From the NCBI GenBank assembly GCA_965226795.1, contig CBDDDZ010000003.1:128001-192000 (forward strand): DNA of 64,000 nt. Reading direction: 5' to 3'. Each line of letters starts with the position of its first letter. Positions within the stretch are counted from its first letter, which is position 1. Shown here piece by piece: positions 31,576 to 42,172 of the stretch. The notes under the pieces are model-generated. The model did not search any database and was not told where the DNA came from. It saw nothing but the letters and a program-made list of their open reading frames with translations. The translations under genes were made by a program, and so were the position numbers. This DNA is from Candidatus Latescibacterota bacterium. GTDB lineage: Bacteria; Latescibacterota; UBA2968; GCA-2709665.

Positions 31576-31817
31576 CACGATCTGCGTTTTTGTGCAATTT
31601 CTCACCAAATTTGACGCTTTGCGCTGATGAAAATGCAAAGAGTGGATCGTATCCCACTAATTTGAGGGGAGAAATTCTCTGCGGACGGGATTATACCTAT
31701 CTAAGTGGAAATAGAAGGGGCTCCGATGTAAATTGGATACCGCAGTCTCGGCTTACATGACAGAGGCCATCCCAACTACCCGCTCTAGGTCGAAGATCTC
31801 GTGGTAGCAGACGGTGC

Positions 31818-34416
31818 TCATACACCGTTCTCCGGTGGTCGCTTCTTGAAATCTTCGCGCCATGCCTTCAGCGACTCCAAGTCTGTGCGTAGTTCTTGCT
31901 CATCGGGCAGGAAGGTCGGCACTTCCTGCGACTGGCTGTGCTCGTAGCTCGAATACTTGGTCATCAGATTATCTATAAACCTGCAGTCTTCAGGGGTGAT
32001 ATTTGCAAGTGGATTGAGCCTATTGTCGGTCGTGACGCTTCGTCGGTGGCGCCGTACGACCTGGTTCAGGAGATCATCTTCGACCGTACGCTCCAGAAGT
32101 ATTCGAAAATCAGTGCAAATCCCCTGCGCCTGAATCCGGTAAGCATTGGCGCCGCCCGTTTCCCCGGCCTTTCTGGCTTCAACAAGACGATCCAAAAGGA
32201 TATTGTTGCCCTTCCTGGTGTTGACATTCCAGACAGCGTCATCCGCCGGGTGGCCTGCGACCCCCGAAAAGGATTCAATGCAGCACTGCTGTAGATGTCG
32301 CTTCTTCCAAACGTCGCCGACCTTCTTTGCGGCATCCTCCGTCGCGCCATAGAGAGAAAGCCGGTGTGTGAACACCAGGACCTGACGGCTCTGCGCCAGC
32401 TTTGCAAGTCGTTTCGCCACCTGCCACTCGAAGTCTTGATCCAGCGAAGAAATCGGGTCATCGAAAATAAAGGGTGAGGCGTGGGGTTTTTCTGCGACAT
32501 CGGCCAGAAACGCCGCCAGAGAGACAATGCGGCGCTCTCCTTCGCTCAGGACCGATTCCGGAATGTCTCGCTGGCCCATGGTGACACCCCTGAGACGCAA
32601 CCGGTGAAGCGCTTCCCCTTTCTTTGTTCGAGATTTAATTAGCTCGACCTTGATTTGCGATGCGCCAAGCGTCTTAAGTTCCCGGTTGAAACGATCCACA
32701 TACGCCTGCGTGATTACCTGCTCGGTAATTTCCGCAGCTTTCAAGGAAATATTGCGTGAGTTCGCCAACCGCTCCCATTTCTCATACTCCTTCACATCCT
32801 TTAGACGAGCAATTTCACAATGGATTGCAATATCTTGCTGAGCTGACCAGCGCCGAGCCTCCAGATTCAGCTTGTCTTGGCGGGCCTCTTCCCGATCGAA
32901 GTTTCTCGCATCCTCGTCATTTTGCAGCGCATCGCGCTCCAGTACTTCGGCGCGTTGCGCTATCTCGGACAAGAGTTTATCAGGTGGTTCTATGGCATTA
33001 GCCTCTGCATCTGTCTCGCCGTTACGGAGATCTTTGCAGGTCTTGCCTAATTTAGCCTAAAAGTTCCCAAGTTTCTCAGTCCAACCCTCTTCGCTCAGTC
33101 CTGCAGCTTCACACCGCGTGCGGATTTCCTCTTCATTCCATCTCTTCGGCAGGCTGAACAGCGCTGTCTTGTAGGCTTCTTCAGGCACATTGGCTTCGGT
33201 CTCCAATGCACCTTGGACAAATGCTTCAAAGTCACGCAAACGTTGCTGTGCCTCTTGGGTCAATTGCTGATGACACAATACGCACCGGTCACCGGTCCCC
33301 ATCCGCTGTAACGGGATAGTCTTGTCCTGGGTACGCCATTTGCGAATAAGCCCGTGCTGCCTGCCATAGCGCGTTCCATGTTACCGTCCCGATGCCGTCG
33401 AGTTTGGCGCTGCCTATTTGGGCAGCCTCGGCGGCAACCTTCCGTTTCCGCTGGGCCTCCACACGTGCATTCCGGAGGGCGTCCACTTGTTGCGTGCCAA
33501 CGGCGACCGCAGCGTTTCTCAACTGCGCTCCGAGTTCGTCGAGTTGGTTCTTTGTGCGCCGCTTCTTCTGCGCCAGCGTCGCCGGATCGGCGACACTGAG
33601 GCGTTCGGCCAGTTGACTCAGCGCATCTTTGTCATCCTCCCCCCATTGCGTAAGGCGCTGGATCGCTTGGTCGCTGAGATCGTAGTTCAACGTGGTATAG
33701 GCGTTTCCAGCCGCGGTACCGCCATATCCTGGCGGCAGAGTGGGCAGTTTACTGACCAGAAGATCCTGCTTTTTTTGAAGTGTCTTTTTGACCTGGTCGC
33801 ATGCGTCCGCCAACACCTTGAACAAGATGACCGCCGGAGGTGTGTAGGAGACTTCAGACTCTTTGCTGAGATAGAAGGAGGCGGCATCCGCGTCAAAAAT
33901 GTCAACAGCTCTGATGTCGTCGACCGGTGCGCCGTCCGGATGCCATGTAACCGTCTGGGCCTTTTCTGCCAGTGTGTACTTGATCCTGCACTGCCGTGTC
34001 GCTGGCGGAGCTTGAAATACGTTGGGCTTAAGATCCGACGCGCGGGGCTTTCCGCATGCTCGCTTGAGAATGCGCGTGTAACCGGATTTCCCCGAACCGT
34101 TGGGTCCGTAGATCACCGCAAGATTTCCATCTCCAAAGACAAGAGGGTTGCCCGGACACAGATTCTCTATGCCGCAGATGTCGCCAATCTCAATGAGCCG
34201 AAGCTCGCCTGCTGTGGAAGGTGATCCGGTAAGGCCGTCGAAAGTGTGGTGTGTGGTTAGCTGCCGACCGGCCGGAGTTTTGAGATGTGCGGTAATGGTA
34301 TCGATGTCGAAGTCTGTTAGCCGCCCCGACAACAGCAGTTTCTCGCCCGCTTCCTGAAGCCAATCCTGCTGTTGGTGAAGCCAATCACGAATGTCCTTAT
34401 TCACATCAACCATCAA
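31818..34416 (-). pseudogene. ABC/SMC-type ATPase with zinc hook (RloC/AAA_13-like) pseudogene
   Basis: GPNGSGKSG, CVLC, LSEGE, FIFDDPISSLD, VFTH; 7-bp duplication at 33284-33297 and TAG at 33057. Confidence 0.8.
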
Positions 34417-35659
34417 AAAACTCTTCCGATGTGATAAACCTCACGCGACCGGTGAGGAGTTGCTGCATCACGCCTTGCTTGATGGCGCGGGTTTTGTCTC
34501 GGCGCTGCACAAGCGAGGCGATCTCGGCATCCATGTCGGAAAGTACGTTGGCGATGGCTCGTTGTTCAGAGTAGGTGGGGACAGACAGTTCGATTGACGC
34601 CACATCACGCTTACCGATTTCCAAAAAAGTCGACCCTATTGCCCGCTCTATGATTTGTGGCTTGAGTGTCAAGAGTAGGTAATACAGAAACTCATTGGAT
34701 ACATTGTCCTTGCAGACGAGCGACTTGAAGCCTTGGTTTGTGCATACTGGCGATGTAGCAATCTTGATCTCTCCGATGGTTGCGCGGCTGCATAGGAAAA
34801 GCGCACCAACAGGAAGCAGGCTTACCGCGCAACTGCCCAAGCCCGCCGCAGTGACACTCCTCACCGTCGCAAGGAGATACTTCCGCGGCGTGGCTGTGAT
34901 GTCGGTCGGTGTACACCACGGAATCGGCCCGTTCCAATAGGCACCAATTTGAGTACTTGGCGTTGCTCCGTTTTCAATATCTGCAACTTCCCCGAGAGTT
35001 GTCGTTTCCCACTCACCCCTGAACCCTGGCAGACGTGTCTTACCGCTGAGTAGCTGCTGTATGGCGGCCTGCTTGATGGACCGCTTCTTGGCGATCAGCG
35101 ACTCCAACCCCGCAAGCATCCCATCCATATCCGACAACGCCTCGGCGATGGCGCGTTGTTCAGCAGGGGATGGCGGCGGTATCCGGACAACCCTGAGTGC
35201 CTGTTTCGATATTCCGAAGACCTTTAGACCTGTGGCGAGACGACGCAATTGCACCTTTACGGGTTCGTTTTCTAGGAGGTATCCACGATAGCCATCATGG
35301 ACTCGCCGGTTCTTTGATCTCAATAGGAGAGTATGCAACCCTGAAACCGCTTCAGTAGTGCCAAGATTTCGAACTTCCACGCTTTTACCAACACCGGCTT
35401 CGTCTTCGGAGGCATCCGCGACAATTAGATCGCCATCAAGAAGCCGGGCGGCTGTAACGCTCTCGCCGGCCATAAGACGCGGTACATTATCGCGAGAGAA
35501 GTCAATGAAGTGGTTAAAACGTATATGCAGGTCGCCGTAGTGTACATAGGCGACAATACCCGAGTCGCCGAGATCGGCTCTCGAATTGGAGGCTGTACGC
35601 AGGAAATCAAAGAGCTCGCCAACGGTAAATACGTACCAATCAGTTGGAATCACCCCCAC
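34406..35659 (-). CDS. hsdS: Type I R-M specificity subunit (native start appears lost)
   Basis: PGYKWTDVGVIPTDW, two EQRAIA repeats, QQLLSGKTRLPGF, QQLLTGRVR; two TRDs. Confidence 0.9.
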   Translation of the reverse strand: MGVIPTDWYVFTVGELFDFLRTASNSRADLGDSGIVAYVHYGDLHIRFNHFIDFSRDNVPRLMAGESVTAARLLDGDLIVADASEDEAGVGKSVEVRNLGTTEAVSGLHTLLLRSKNRRVHDGYRGYLLENEPVKVQLRRLATGLKVFGISKQALRVVRIPPPSPAEQRAIAEALSDMDGMLAGLESLIAKKRSIKQAAIQQLLSGKTRLPGFRGEWETTTLGEVADIENGATPSTQIGAYWNGPIPWCTPTDITATPRKYLLATVRSVTAAGLGSCAVSLLPVGALFLCSRATIGEIKIATSPVCTNQGFKSLVCKDNVSNEFLYYLLLTLKPQIIERAIGSTFLEIGKRDVASIELSVPTYSEQRAIANVLSDMDAEIASLVQRRDKTRAIKQGVMQQLLTGRVRFITSEEFFDG

Positions 35660-35754
35660 GTCAGTCCACTTGTAACCCGGCGATATATTCTGTGATAGGG
35701 CGTGTGCTGGTCTGGGTGGGTTGGCCTTTATTCCCCGGTCCTTGATAACTCATG

Positions 35755-35794
35755 TCTTATCGCCCTCAATCCTTTCTTATCGCCCTCAATCCTT
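35755..35794. repeat. Perfect 20-bp tandem duplication
   Basis: TCTTATCGCCCTCAATCCTT x2. Confidence 0.9.
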
Positions 35795-35863
35795 GGCCTG
35801 AACAAGTCTGCGACCCTCAGCGTAAAATCACCCGAAAGTAGCCTGCCGCCAGCTCAAACTGGA

Positions 35864-36709
35864 CTATCCCTGGCACAATTCAGCTATCATCGCCGCATTT
35901 TCCCCAAGTTGATCGTTGAATTTCTGATACATCCCCACCAGAAGGATATCGCTGGTTTTTATATTTTTGAGAGTAAAGGCGAATTCTTCGCGAATTTGAT
36001 TCCTGGAACCAATAGTGCGTCCAGCCGCGAGGACTTTGAAAGCGATACAGGGTTTGCCGGTGCTTTTTATAATCCGACACATACGGTCGCGATGTTCGCG
36101 GAGATAGATTTCACCGAGGGGCGGATAACCGAATTTTCGTTCGAATTCCTCCCGTGCGCCCTCCAGATAATACAGGGCGGTCATGTAATAGTCGATATCC
36201 CAGTCTTCTTCTTCGGCAATATCGATGAGACGGGGATTGTGCACCGATAGCCCCACCATAACGCCGGTGTTACGAATGCGCTTGAGAATATCCCGAAGAT
36301 GTTCGAGGCGATTCTCCTGAAGACATCGCCCTGCAACGCCACTTCCGTGGGGCGCCATACCAATGGGATTATGTTTGGCGGCTTCGTCGATCAGTGAGGG
36401 ATCGTCATACCAGGATCCACCTCGACTGAGACAGAAGTAATGAATCGCACCTCCCTCACCGCGGAATCGCTGAAGATCGGCGGCCGATCGTTCGGTAAGG
36501 GTATTTTGCCATGCGTTTATGCCCACTTCTTCTGCGCGCCGCAGGGTCGCGATAACCTGATCGGATGTATTGGCTTCTTTCTGATGTCCTGAGAGCAACT
36601 GATTAAAATGTGAATATCCATAGATCGGATTGTCGCCCATAATGAGCCGGCTGATCTGATATTGTCCGAACCGAACGGTAGGAAGATTGATCGCATTTAA
36701 TGCGGACAA
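35864..36709 (-). CDS. Hypothetical protein, aldo/keto-reductase-like TIM barrel
   Basis: ISRLIMGDNP, GLSVHNP, KPCIAFKVLAAGR; GAGGAG RBS before TTG. Confidence 0.7.
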   Translation of the reverse strand: MSALNAINLPTVRFGQYQISRLIMGDNPIYGYSHFNQLLSGHQKEANTSDQVIATLRRAEEVGINAWQNTLTERSAADLQRFRGEGGAIHYFCLSRGGSWYDDPSLIDEAAKHNPIGMAPHGSGVAGRCLQENRLEHLRDILKRIRNTGVMVGLSVHNPRLIDIAEEEDWDIDYYMTALYYLEGAREEFERKFGYPPLGEIYLREHRDRMCRIIKSTGKPCIAFKVLAAGRTIGSRNQIREEFAFTLKNIKTSDILLVGMYQKFNDQLGENAAMIAELCQG

Positions 36710-36730
36710 ACTGTCTCTCCTCTGTCCTGC

Positions 36731-36835
36731 TTACAGCGATAGCCCCATCTTCTTCAGGCGGCTCTCAACCTTGGCGTTGTATACATCACATCCTTGCCAA
36801 AGCGATGAATAGAGTTGGGATTTCTTCAAAGCCAT
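36731..36835 (-). pseudogene. hsdM: hsdM collapsed to a 34-aa N-end/C-end fusion
   Basis: MALKKSQLYSSLWQGCD|VYNAKVESRLKKMGLSL* with AAGGA RBS; both halves resemble HsdM termini. Confidence 0.75.
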
Positions 36836-37013
36836 TTTTCAGTCCTTACCGAGGGTGGCGGACCACTCATCAATGTGGGACCCATATATAGGTACCTCGA
36901 AATACACACCATACACACTGCGAAGCCAATTTCGCTACGGAATCCGACCGAGCCCCCATACGACGCGGTTCTCAATCCGGACCGCATAGCTCAAGCGATA
37001 CCTGGCAACCCCC

Positions 37014-38081
37014 TCAATCAAAAACCAGTACCGTTCGCGCCACCTTCCCCATGACCATATCTTCGAAAGCCTCGTTGATCTCGTCCAGCGGTCGATAGCG
37101 GGAAATCAACTCGTCCAACTTGACCTTTCCCTGCCGATAAAGATCCAGAATCCACAGGAAGTCTACACGGGCGCGGGCAGCGCCATGCCACGAGCCCATA
37201 ACGGCGCGGTCCTTTAACAGGCTGTCGCCGTCAACGGAAATATCCTGCCCGGTCGGCTGTACCCCCACCACAACCGCGGTTCCACTGGTGCGGACCGATG
37301 CAAACGCCTGCCGGACCAGCGCTGGAAATCCAACGACCTCAAAGGCATAGTCCGCGCCGCCCCCTGTTATCTCCACAATTCGCTGTACTGGATCTTCCGT
37401 ATTCGCATTGACGAAATGCGTGGCGCCGAACTGTTCCGCCAACTCCAGTTTATACGGCACCTTGTCCACGGCGATTATCTTCCCTGCGGATGCGAGTACA
37501 CCCCCCTGGATAACATTGAGGCCGACCCCGCCGCAACCGAACACGGCCATTGTGGCGCCAGCCTCCACCCTTGCGCGATTCACCACGGCGCCGATACCGG
37601 TGACGACGGCGCAACTGATAAGACACGCTTTGCGAAGATCCGTGTCATCCGGAACCTTCACACACGCATCCGCCAATACAACCGACTGCTCCGTGTATGT
37701 GGGCCGGCCGTGGTAATACGTGGTCCCATTCCTGGATATGCGACTCGGCAACCCCCCCTGATGGGTTTCGCAAAGCGCCGGGCTGCCCTGGCTGCAATTC
37801 CGGCAATGGCCGCACATCGCATCGAGAGAGAGAATAATCTTGTCGCCGCCGCGAACACTGCTCACGCCAGGGCCGACTTCACGGACGATCCCCGCGCCCT
37901 CGTGTCCCATAACCCAGGGGAGTGCGCGTGGCAGAACGTGCCCGTCCACAAAATGATAGTCGCTGTGACAAACGCCCGCTCCCACAATATCCAGAAGCAC
38001 TTCTCCCGCGCGAGGAGATGCGATGTCGACATCTTCGACGGAGACACGGGTCAGCGGTTTGTGGAGAATGGCTGCTTTCAT
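37014..38081 (-). CDS. Zn-dependent alcohol dehydrogenase (MDR family)
   Basis: GVCHSD, GHEGAG, CGHCRNC..C, GCGGVG. Confidence 0.92.
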   Translation of the reverse strand: MKAAILHKPLTRVSVEDVDIASPRAGEVLLDIVGAGVCHSDYHFVDGHVLPRALPWVMGHEGAGIVREVGPGVSSVRGGDKIILSLDAMCGHCRNCSQGSPALCETHQGGLPSRISRNGTTYYHGRPTYTEQSVVLADACVKVPDDTDLRKACLISCAVVTGIGAVVNRARVEAGATMAVFGCGGVGLNVIQGGVLASAGKIIAVDKVPYKLELAEQFGATHFVNANTEDPVQRIVEITGGGADYAFEVVGFPALVRQAFASVRTSGTAVVVGVQPTGQDISVDGDSLLKDRAVMGSWHGAARARVDFLWILDLYRQGKVKLDELISRYRPLDEINEAFEDMVMGKVARTVLVFD

Positions 38082-38189
38082 TTCTGCCTCCTGTCGTCAA
38101 GGCGCGTCGGTATGGAAGGCACGCACGTGGATTGATGATTGCGCCGCCGGGACGAGCGCTTCCTGTCACGCTCCACGGACGTTGTTTTC

Positions 38190-38762
38190 TCACCCATCCT
38201 CGATACCGAGTCGGGCGAAGATGTCCGACCATCGTTTCGCGTGACTGTCGTGGGTATGAAGCGGCCGGAAACCGGCGGTGAGATAGCTCCTGATGGCCGC
38301 GATACGCCAGTCGTCGGTGAGCAGGTGGACCTGGCGATAACCCAGATCTTTGAGTCGGTGAAGCACGGCTGCGTTGACCAGGTGGCCCAGGCCTTTGCCC
38401 CGTTGGTTTTCAAGCACGGCAACCATGTGCACTTCCCCCACGATGCGTTCGGTCAGATCCCGGCTCCAGGCGCATGCGGATCCGACCGGTCGGGAATCAA
38501 TGGTGGCGAAAAATAGGCTTTCCGGGTGGAAGCGGGGATCGTTAACGAGTTTCTTGCGGCATGTTTCGGGAGTCCAATCCCGCCCCACGTTGCCCTCCAT
38601 TATCGCGCACCACGCGGCTTCGTCGCCTGAGCGATAGGTACGCAGTCCATACCCGTCGGGGATGCGAATTGCGGGCAGGTCTTTCAGCGTGTCCCTCAGC
38701 ATTTCCAGTTGGGGCAGGGGCGGCGCTTTGGTGTTCAATTTCGACAGAAGTCGGTGAAGCAT
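38190..38762 (-). CDS. GNAT family N-acetyltransferase
   Basis: VAVLENQRGKGLG, AIRSYLTAGF. Confidence 0.85.
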   Translation of the reverse strand: MLHRLLSKLNTKAPPLPQLEMLRDTLKDLPAIRIPDGYGLRTYRSGDEAAWCAIMEGNVGRDWTPETCRKKLVNDPRFHPESLFFATIDSRPVGSACAWSRDLTERIVGEVHMVAVLENQRGKGLGHLVNAAVLHRLKDLGYRQVHLLTDDWRIAAIRSYLTAGFRPLHTHDSHAKRWSDIFARLGIEDG

Positions 38763-39111
38763 GGCTTATTTCTCGTCAGAATCTCGAGGCTGGCGCCGGC
38801 GGGATTGTCCCCGTTACGCGGCCTGGCGGCGAATGTGTTGAATCTCTCCCGACGCCCTGAATTTCCTCGCTTCGTTGATAAACGACACCCGGAGGTTGCC
38901 GCTGACGAATACTCGATTAGGAAATCCCGGTCCGATTATGACGCGCAATGATCGACAATATGAGCGACATCGCAGTCAGTGTCAACGGATAATCCTTCAT
39001 TCGAGTCGTGAAATACTGGCCCGATTTCGCGCCTTCCGGGATTGAATATCGCTCCGTACCGGACCATGGAATCGCACGCTGAACGAGACGTATTAATTCT
39101 TCGGTAATGGC

Positions 39112-39140
39112 TTGACTTTTAATAATCCTTGTGATATACT
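39112..39140 (+). promoter_or_regulatory. Sigma70 promoter of nuo cluster
   Basis: TTGACT-17nt-TATACT with extended -10 TG. Confidence 0.7.
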
Positions 39141-39389
39141 ATCACCGCCGAAAAGCGGGTCGTTCGGAATATATGCTATTCCTAAGGTTTGTTTTCAAAG
39201 AAGCTTCTCTAAAATTCCTGGTGCGTTCCCGAGCGCGAGCGAAAATGAGTCGGTCCAGGCGGGCGAATCCACCCATAATTAGAGATATCGGTGGATTTGA
39301 CCAACGCAGACCGACGCTTTTGCAGCCGCGCGAAGACCGCCGGGGGTTTTAAAACAGCTTCTATGCCCGTGGGGAGGTCCTGGGACAAG

Positions 39390-39755
39390 ATGCTGGTCGA
39401 CTATCTTCCGATTGTTATTCTGATGGCGTTAGCCGTCGGATTTGCGGCCGTCAGTTTAATTTTAACGCATCTGTTCGGACCCCATCGTCCCAATCCGGTC
39501 AAATTATCGCCATACGAATCGGGTGTGCCTCCCATAGGTGATGCCAGGCTGCGCTTTTCCGTCAAGTTTTATGTTGTGGCGATGCTTTTCATTGTGTTCG
39601 ATATTGAAGTCGTGTTCTTATTCCCCTGGGCCGTTGTCTTTAAGGATTTGCTGGCCCAGGGGAGCTTTATTTTTACGGAAATGGTGGTGTTCCTCGGCGT
39701 TCTGGTTCTGGGGCTTGCGTACGTCTGGCGGAAGGGCGGGTTGGATTGGGACTGA
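39390..39755 (+). CDS. nuoA: NADH-quinone oxidoreductase subunit A
   Basis: PYESG, FDIEVVFLFPW, WRKGGLDW. Confidence 0.95.
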   Translation: MLVDYLPIVILMALAVGFAAVSLILTHLFGPHRPNPVKLSPYESGVPPIGDARLRFSVKFYVVAMLFIVFDIEVVFLFPWAVVFKDLLAQGSFIFTEMVVFLGVLVLGLAYVWRKGGLDWD

Positions 39756-39838
39756 GGACGGTCGCCACGATACTCCTGATCGGACGGACGGCGCGTCCGA
39801 TGAATCGGACAATTAACGACTAACGATCGGGCAAACGC

Positions 39839-41611
39839 ATGTCCCCGGAAAAGAAAAACGGGTCACCGGTGGCTGACGCGACTGTCGGGAACGTGACATC
39901 GAGAAAGCTGGAGGAACGTTTCGGGGAAAACGTTCTCGAGGTTTCCGAATTTTTCGGCGATTGGACGGCCGTCTGTGAAGCAGACCGGGTTTCGGATATT
40001 CTGGCGTTTTTGCGGGACGAGCCGGAACTGGCTTACGACCGGCTGTCGGATGTAACGGCGGTCGACTATTCCGAGTACCCGGGACGGCAGCCGGGAGCCC
40101 GGTTCAATGTGGTCTACCACCTGTACTCCCACCCGCACAACCACCGCTTCCGGATCCGGGCGAAGGTGGACGAAGAAAGGTGCAGCATCCCATCCGCGTG
40201 CGGGCTGTGGAAAGGAGCCGAATGGCCGGAGCGGGAAGTATACGATATGTTCGGCATCCGGTTCGAGGGACATCCGGATTTACGGCGCATATTGATGCCG
40301 GTGAATTTTCGAGACTACCCGATGAGGAAGGATTACCCGCTCAACGGACGGGGAGAGCGGGATGTCATCGCGCCGGAGGATCCCGGATTTGAGGGCAATC
40401 CTTTCGCGGGCGAAGATGTCCAGGACGACGATCCACTGGCTTCGGAGCGGATGATCCTGAATCTGGGGCCTCAGCATCCGGCAACCCATGGAACCCTGCG
40501 GCTCACGCTCGAATTGGATGGGGAGCGCATCACCAGGTGTCTTCCGGACATAGGATACCTGCACACCGGCTTTGAAAAACTGGGGGAACACCAAACCTAT
40601 AATCAGTGGGTCACGGTGACCGACCGGATGAACTATCTGTCGCCGTTGTGCAACAACATCGGTTATGCGATGACGGTGGAAAAACTGATGGGCCTGGAGA
40701 TCCCCCCTCGCGCCACGTGTATCCGTGTGGTTCTTTTTGAACTGTCGCGCATTGCTGACCATATGGTCTGGCTGGGCACGCACGCACTGGATATCGGCGC
40801 GATGACGGTGTTCCTGTACACCTTTGAACAACGTGAACGCCTGTACAATATTTTCGAGGCCGTCACCGGCACGCGATTGACCACGAGTTATACGCGGGTC
40901 GGCGGGTTGGGGTGGGATGTGCCGGACAACTTTCACGAACTGGTAACGGATTTCACCGCGCAATTCCCCAGGGCGGTCTGGGAGGTGGACAGGCTGCTGA
41001 CCCGAAACAGGATCTGGATTGACCGCACCAAGGGCATTGGCGTGATTTCGGCCGAAGACGCGATTGCATGGAACCTGACGGGACCGATGGCGCGCGGGTC
41101 CGGCGTGAACTACGATTTGCGGAAGGCCGAACCCTATATGGGTTACGAGAATTTTGATTTTGAGATTCCCGTGGGTGAAAAGGGCGATGTCTACGACCGG
41201 TACCTGGTCCGAATGGAGGAGATGAATCAGAGCATCCGGATTATCGAACAGGCGGTGAACAATCTGCCCCAGGGCACTGTAAAGGTCGATGACGCCAAGG
41301 TTATACTACCGGAGAAGGACGACGTATACACCGGCATGGAAGAGTTGATCCACCACTTCAAAGTAACGATGGACCACCATGGTATTACGCCGCCCCCCGG
41401 AGAAATCTACCTGGCTACGGAGGGTCCCAACGGGGAATTGGGCTTTTATATAGTCAGCGACGGGAGCGGGTCGGCTTACCGGCTGAGGGTACGGCCCCCG
41501 TCGTTTATGAATTATCAGTGTTTCCCGCAATTGGCGCACGGACATATGCTGGCCGACGTGGTGGCCATTCTGGGAAGCATAAATGTAATTGCGGGCGAGT
41601 TGGATCGATAG
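39839..41611 (+). CDS. nuoCD: NADH-quinone oxidoreductase fused subunit C/D
   Basis: EREVYDMFGIRFEGHPDLRRIL (C) and GPQHPATHG, GYLHTGFEK, GELDR (D). Confidence 0.95.
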   Translation: MSPEKKNGSPVADATVGNVTSRKLEERFGENVLEVSEFFGDWTAVCEADRVSDILAFLRDEPELAYDRLSDVTAVDYSEYPGRQPGARFNVVYHLYSHPHNHRFRIRAKVDEERCSIPSACGLWKGAEWPEREVYDMFGIRFEGHPDLRRILMPVNFRDYPMRKDYPLNGRGERDVIAPEDPGFEGNPFAGEDVQDDDPLASERMILNLGPQHPATHGTLRLTLELDGERITRCLPDIGYLHTGFEKLGEHQTYNQWVTVTDRMNYLSPLCNNIGYAMTVEKLMGLEIPPRATCIRVVLFELSRIADHMVWLGTHALDIGAMTVFLYTFEQRERLYNIFEAVTGTRLTTSYTRVGGLGWDVPDNFHELVTDFTAQFPRAVWEVDRLLTRNRIWIDRTKGIGVISAEDAIAWNLTGPMARGSGVNYDLRKAEPYMGYENFDFEIPVGEKGDVYDRYLVRMEEMNQSIRIIEQAVNNLPQGTVKVDDAKVILPEKDDVYTGMEELIHHFKVTMDHHGITPPPGEIYLATEGPNGELGFYIVSDGSGSAYRLRVRPPSFMNYQCFPQLAHGHMLADVVAILGSINVIAGELDR

Positions 41612-41671
41612 GTGTCGTCATCGCACGGCCGTCGGCCATTTGCAGTCTCACGTACCAGGAAACCCGAAAAT

Positions 41672-42151
41672 ATGGCGACCGCGCTTTCTGAACAGACGCG
41701 AAAGAAGTGCGAGGAGATTCTCACGCACTACCCACCGGAATGGCGCAAGGCGGCAATCCTTCCAGTTCTGCATCTGGCTCAAAAAGAGTGGGGGTACATC
41801 TCGCTCGAAGGATTGAGGTGCGTCGCGGACATGCTGGATATTCCGCCCGCCCATGCCGCCGGCGTGATGAGTTTCTATCCGATGTTCCACAAAGCGCCCG
41901 TGGGCAAGTATGTCATCCATGTATGTGGTACGCTTTCCTGCGCGCTTTGCGGGGCCGGAGAACTTACGAAATACCTGAAGGAGAAATTGAATATCGACGT
42001 GGGCGAAACCACCGAGGACGGACGGTTCACACTGGCCAAGGTGGAGTGCATCGCCGCCTGCGAGGGCGCGCCGGCGATTCTGATTAACGAGGAACTGCAT
42101 CGTTGCGTGACGCGTGAGAAGCTGGACCGGCTGCTGGACCGGTCCGCATGA
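41672..42151 (+). CDS. nuoE: NADH-quinone oxidoreductase subunit E
   Basis: CGTLSC...CIAAC 2Fe-2S motif. Confidence 0.93.
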   Translation: MATALSEQTRKKCEEILTHYPPEWRKAAILPVLHLAQKEWGYISLEGLRCVADMLDIPPAHAAGVMSFYPMFHKAPVGKYVIHVCGTLSCALCGAGELTKYLKEKLNIDVGETTEDGRFTLAKVECIAACEGAPAILINEELHRCVTREKLDRLLDRSA

Positions 42152-42172
42152 AATAAACCATATTGATCTGGT

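Noticed and set aside
21659..33059. In-frame TAG codons in the ACP and ATPase genes as possible recoding
   Set aside because: TAG terminates many intact genes here (hemB, nuoCD, nuoG), and both genes carry additional lesions
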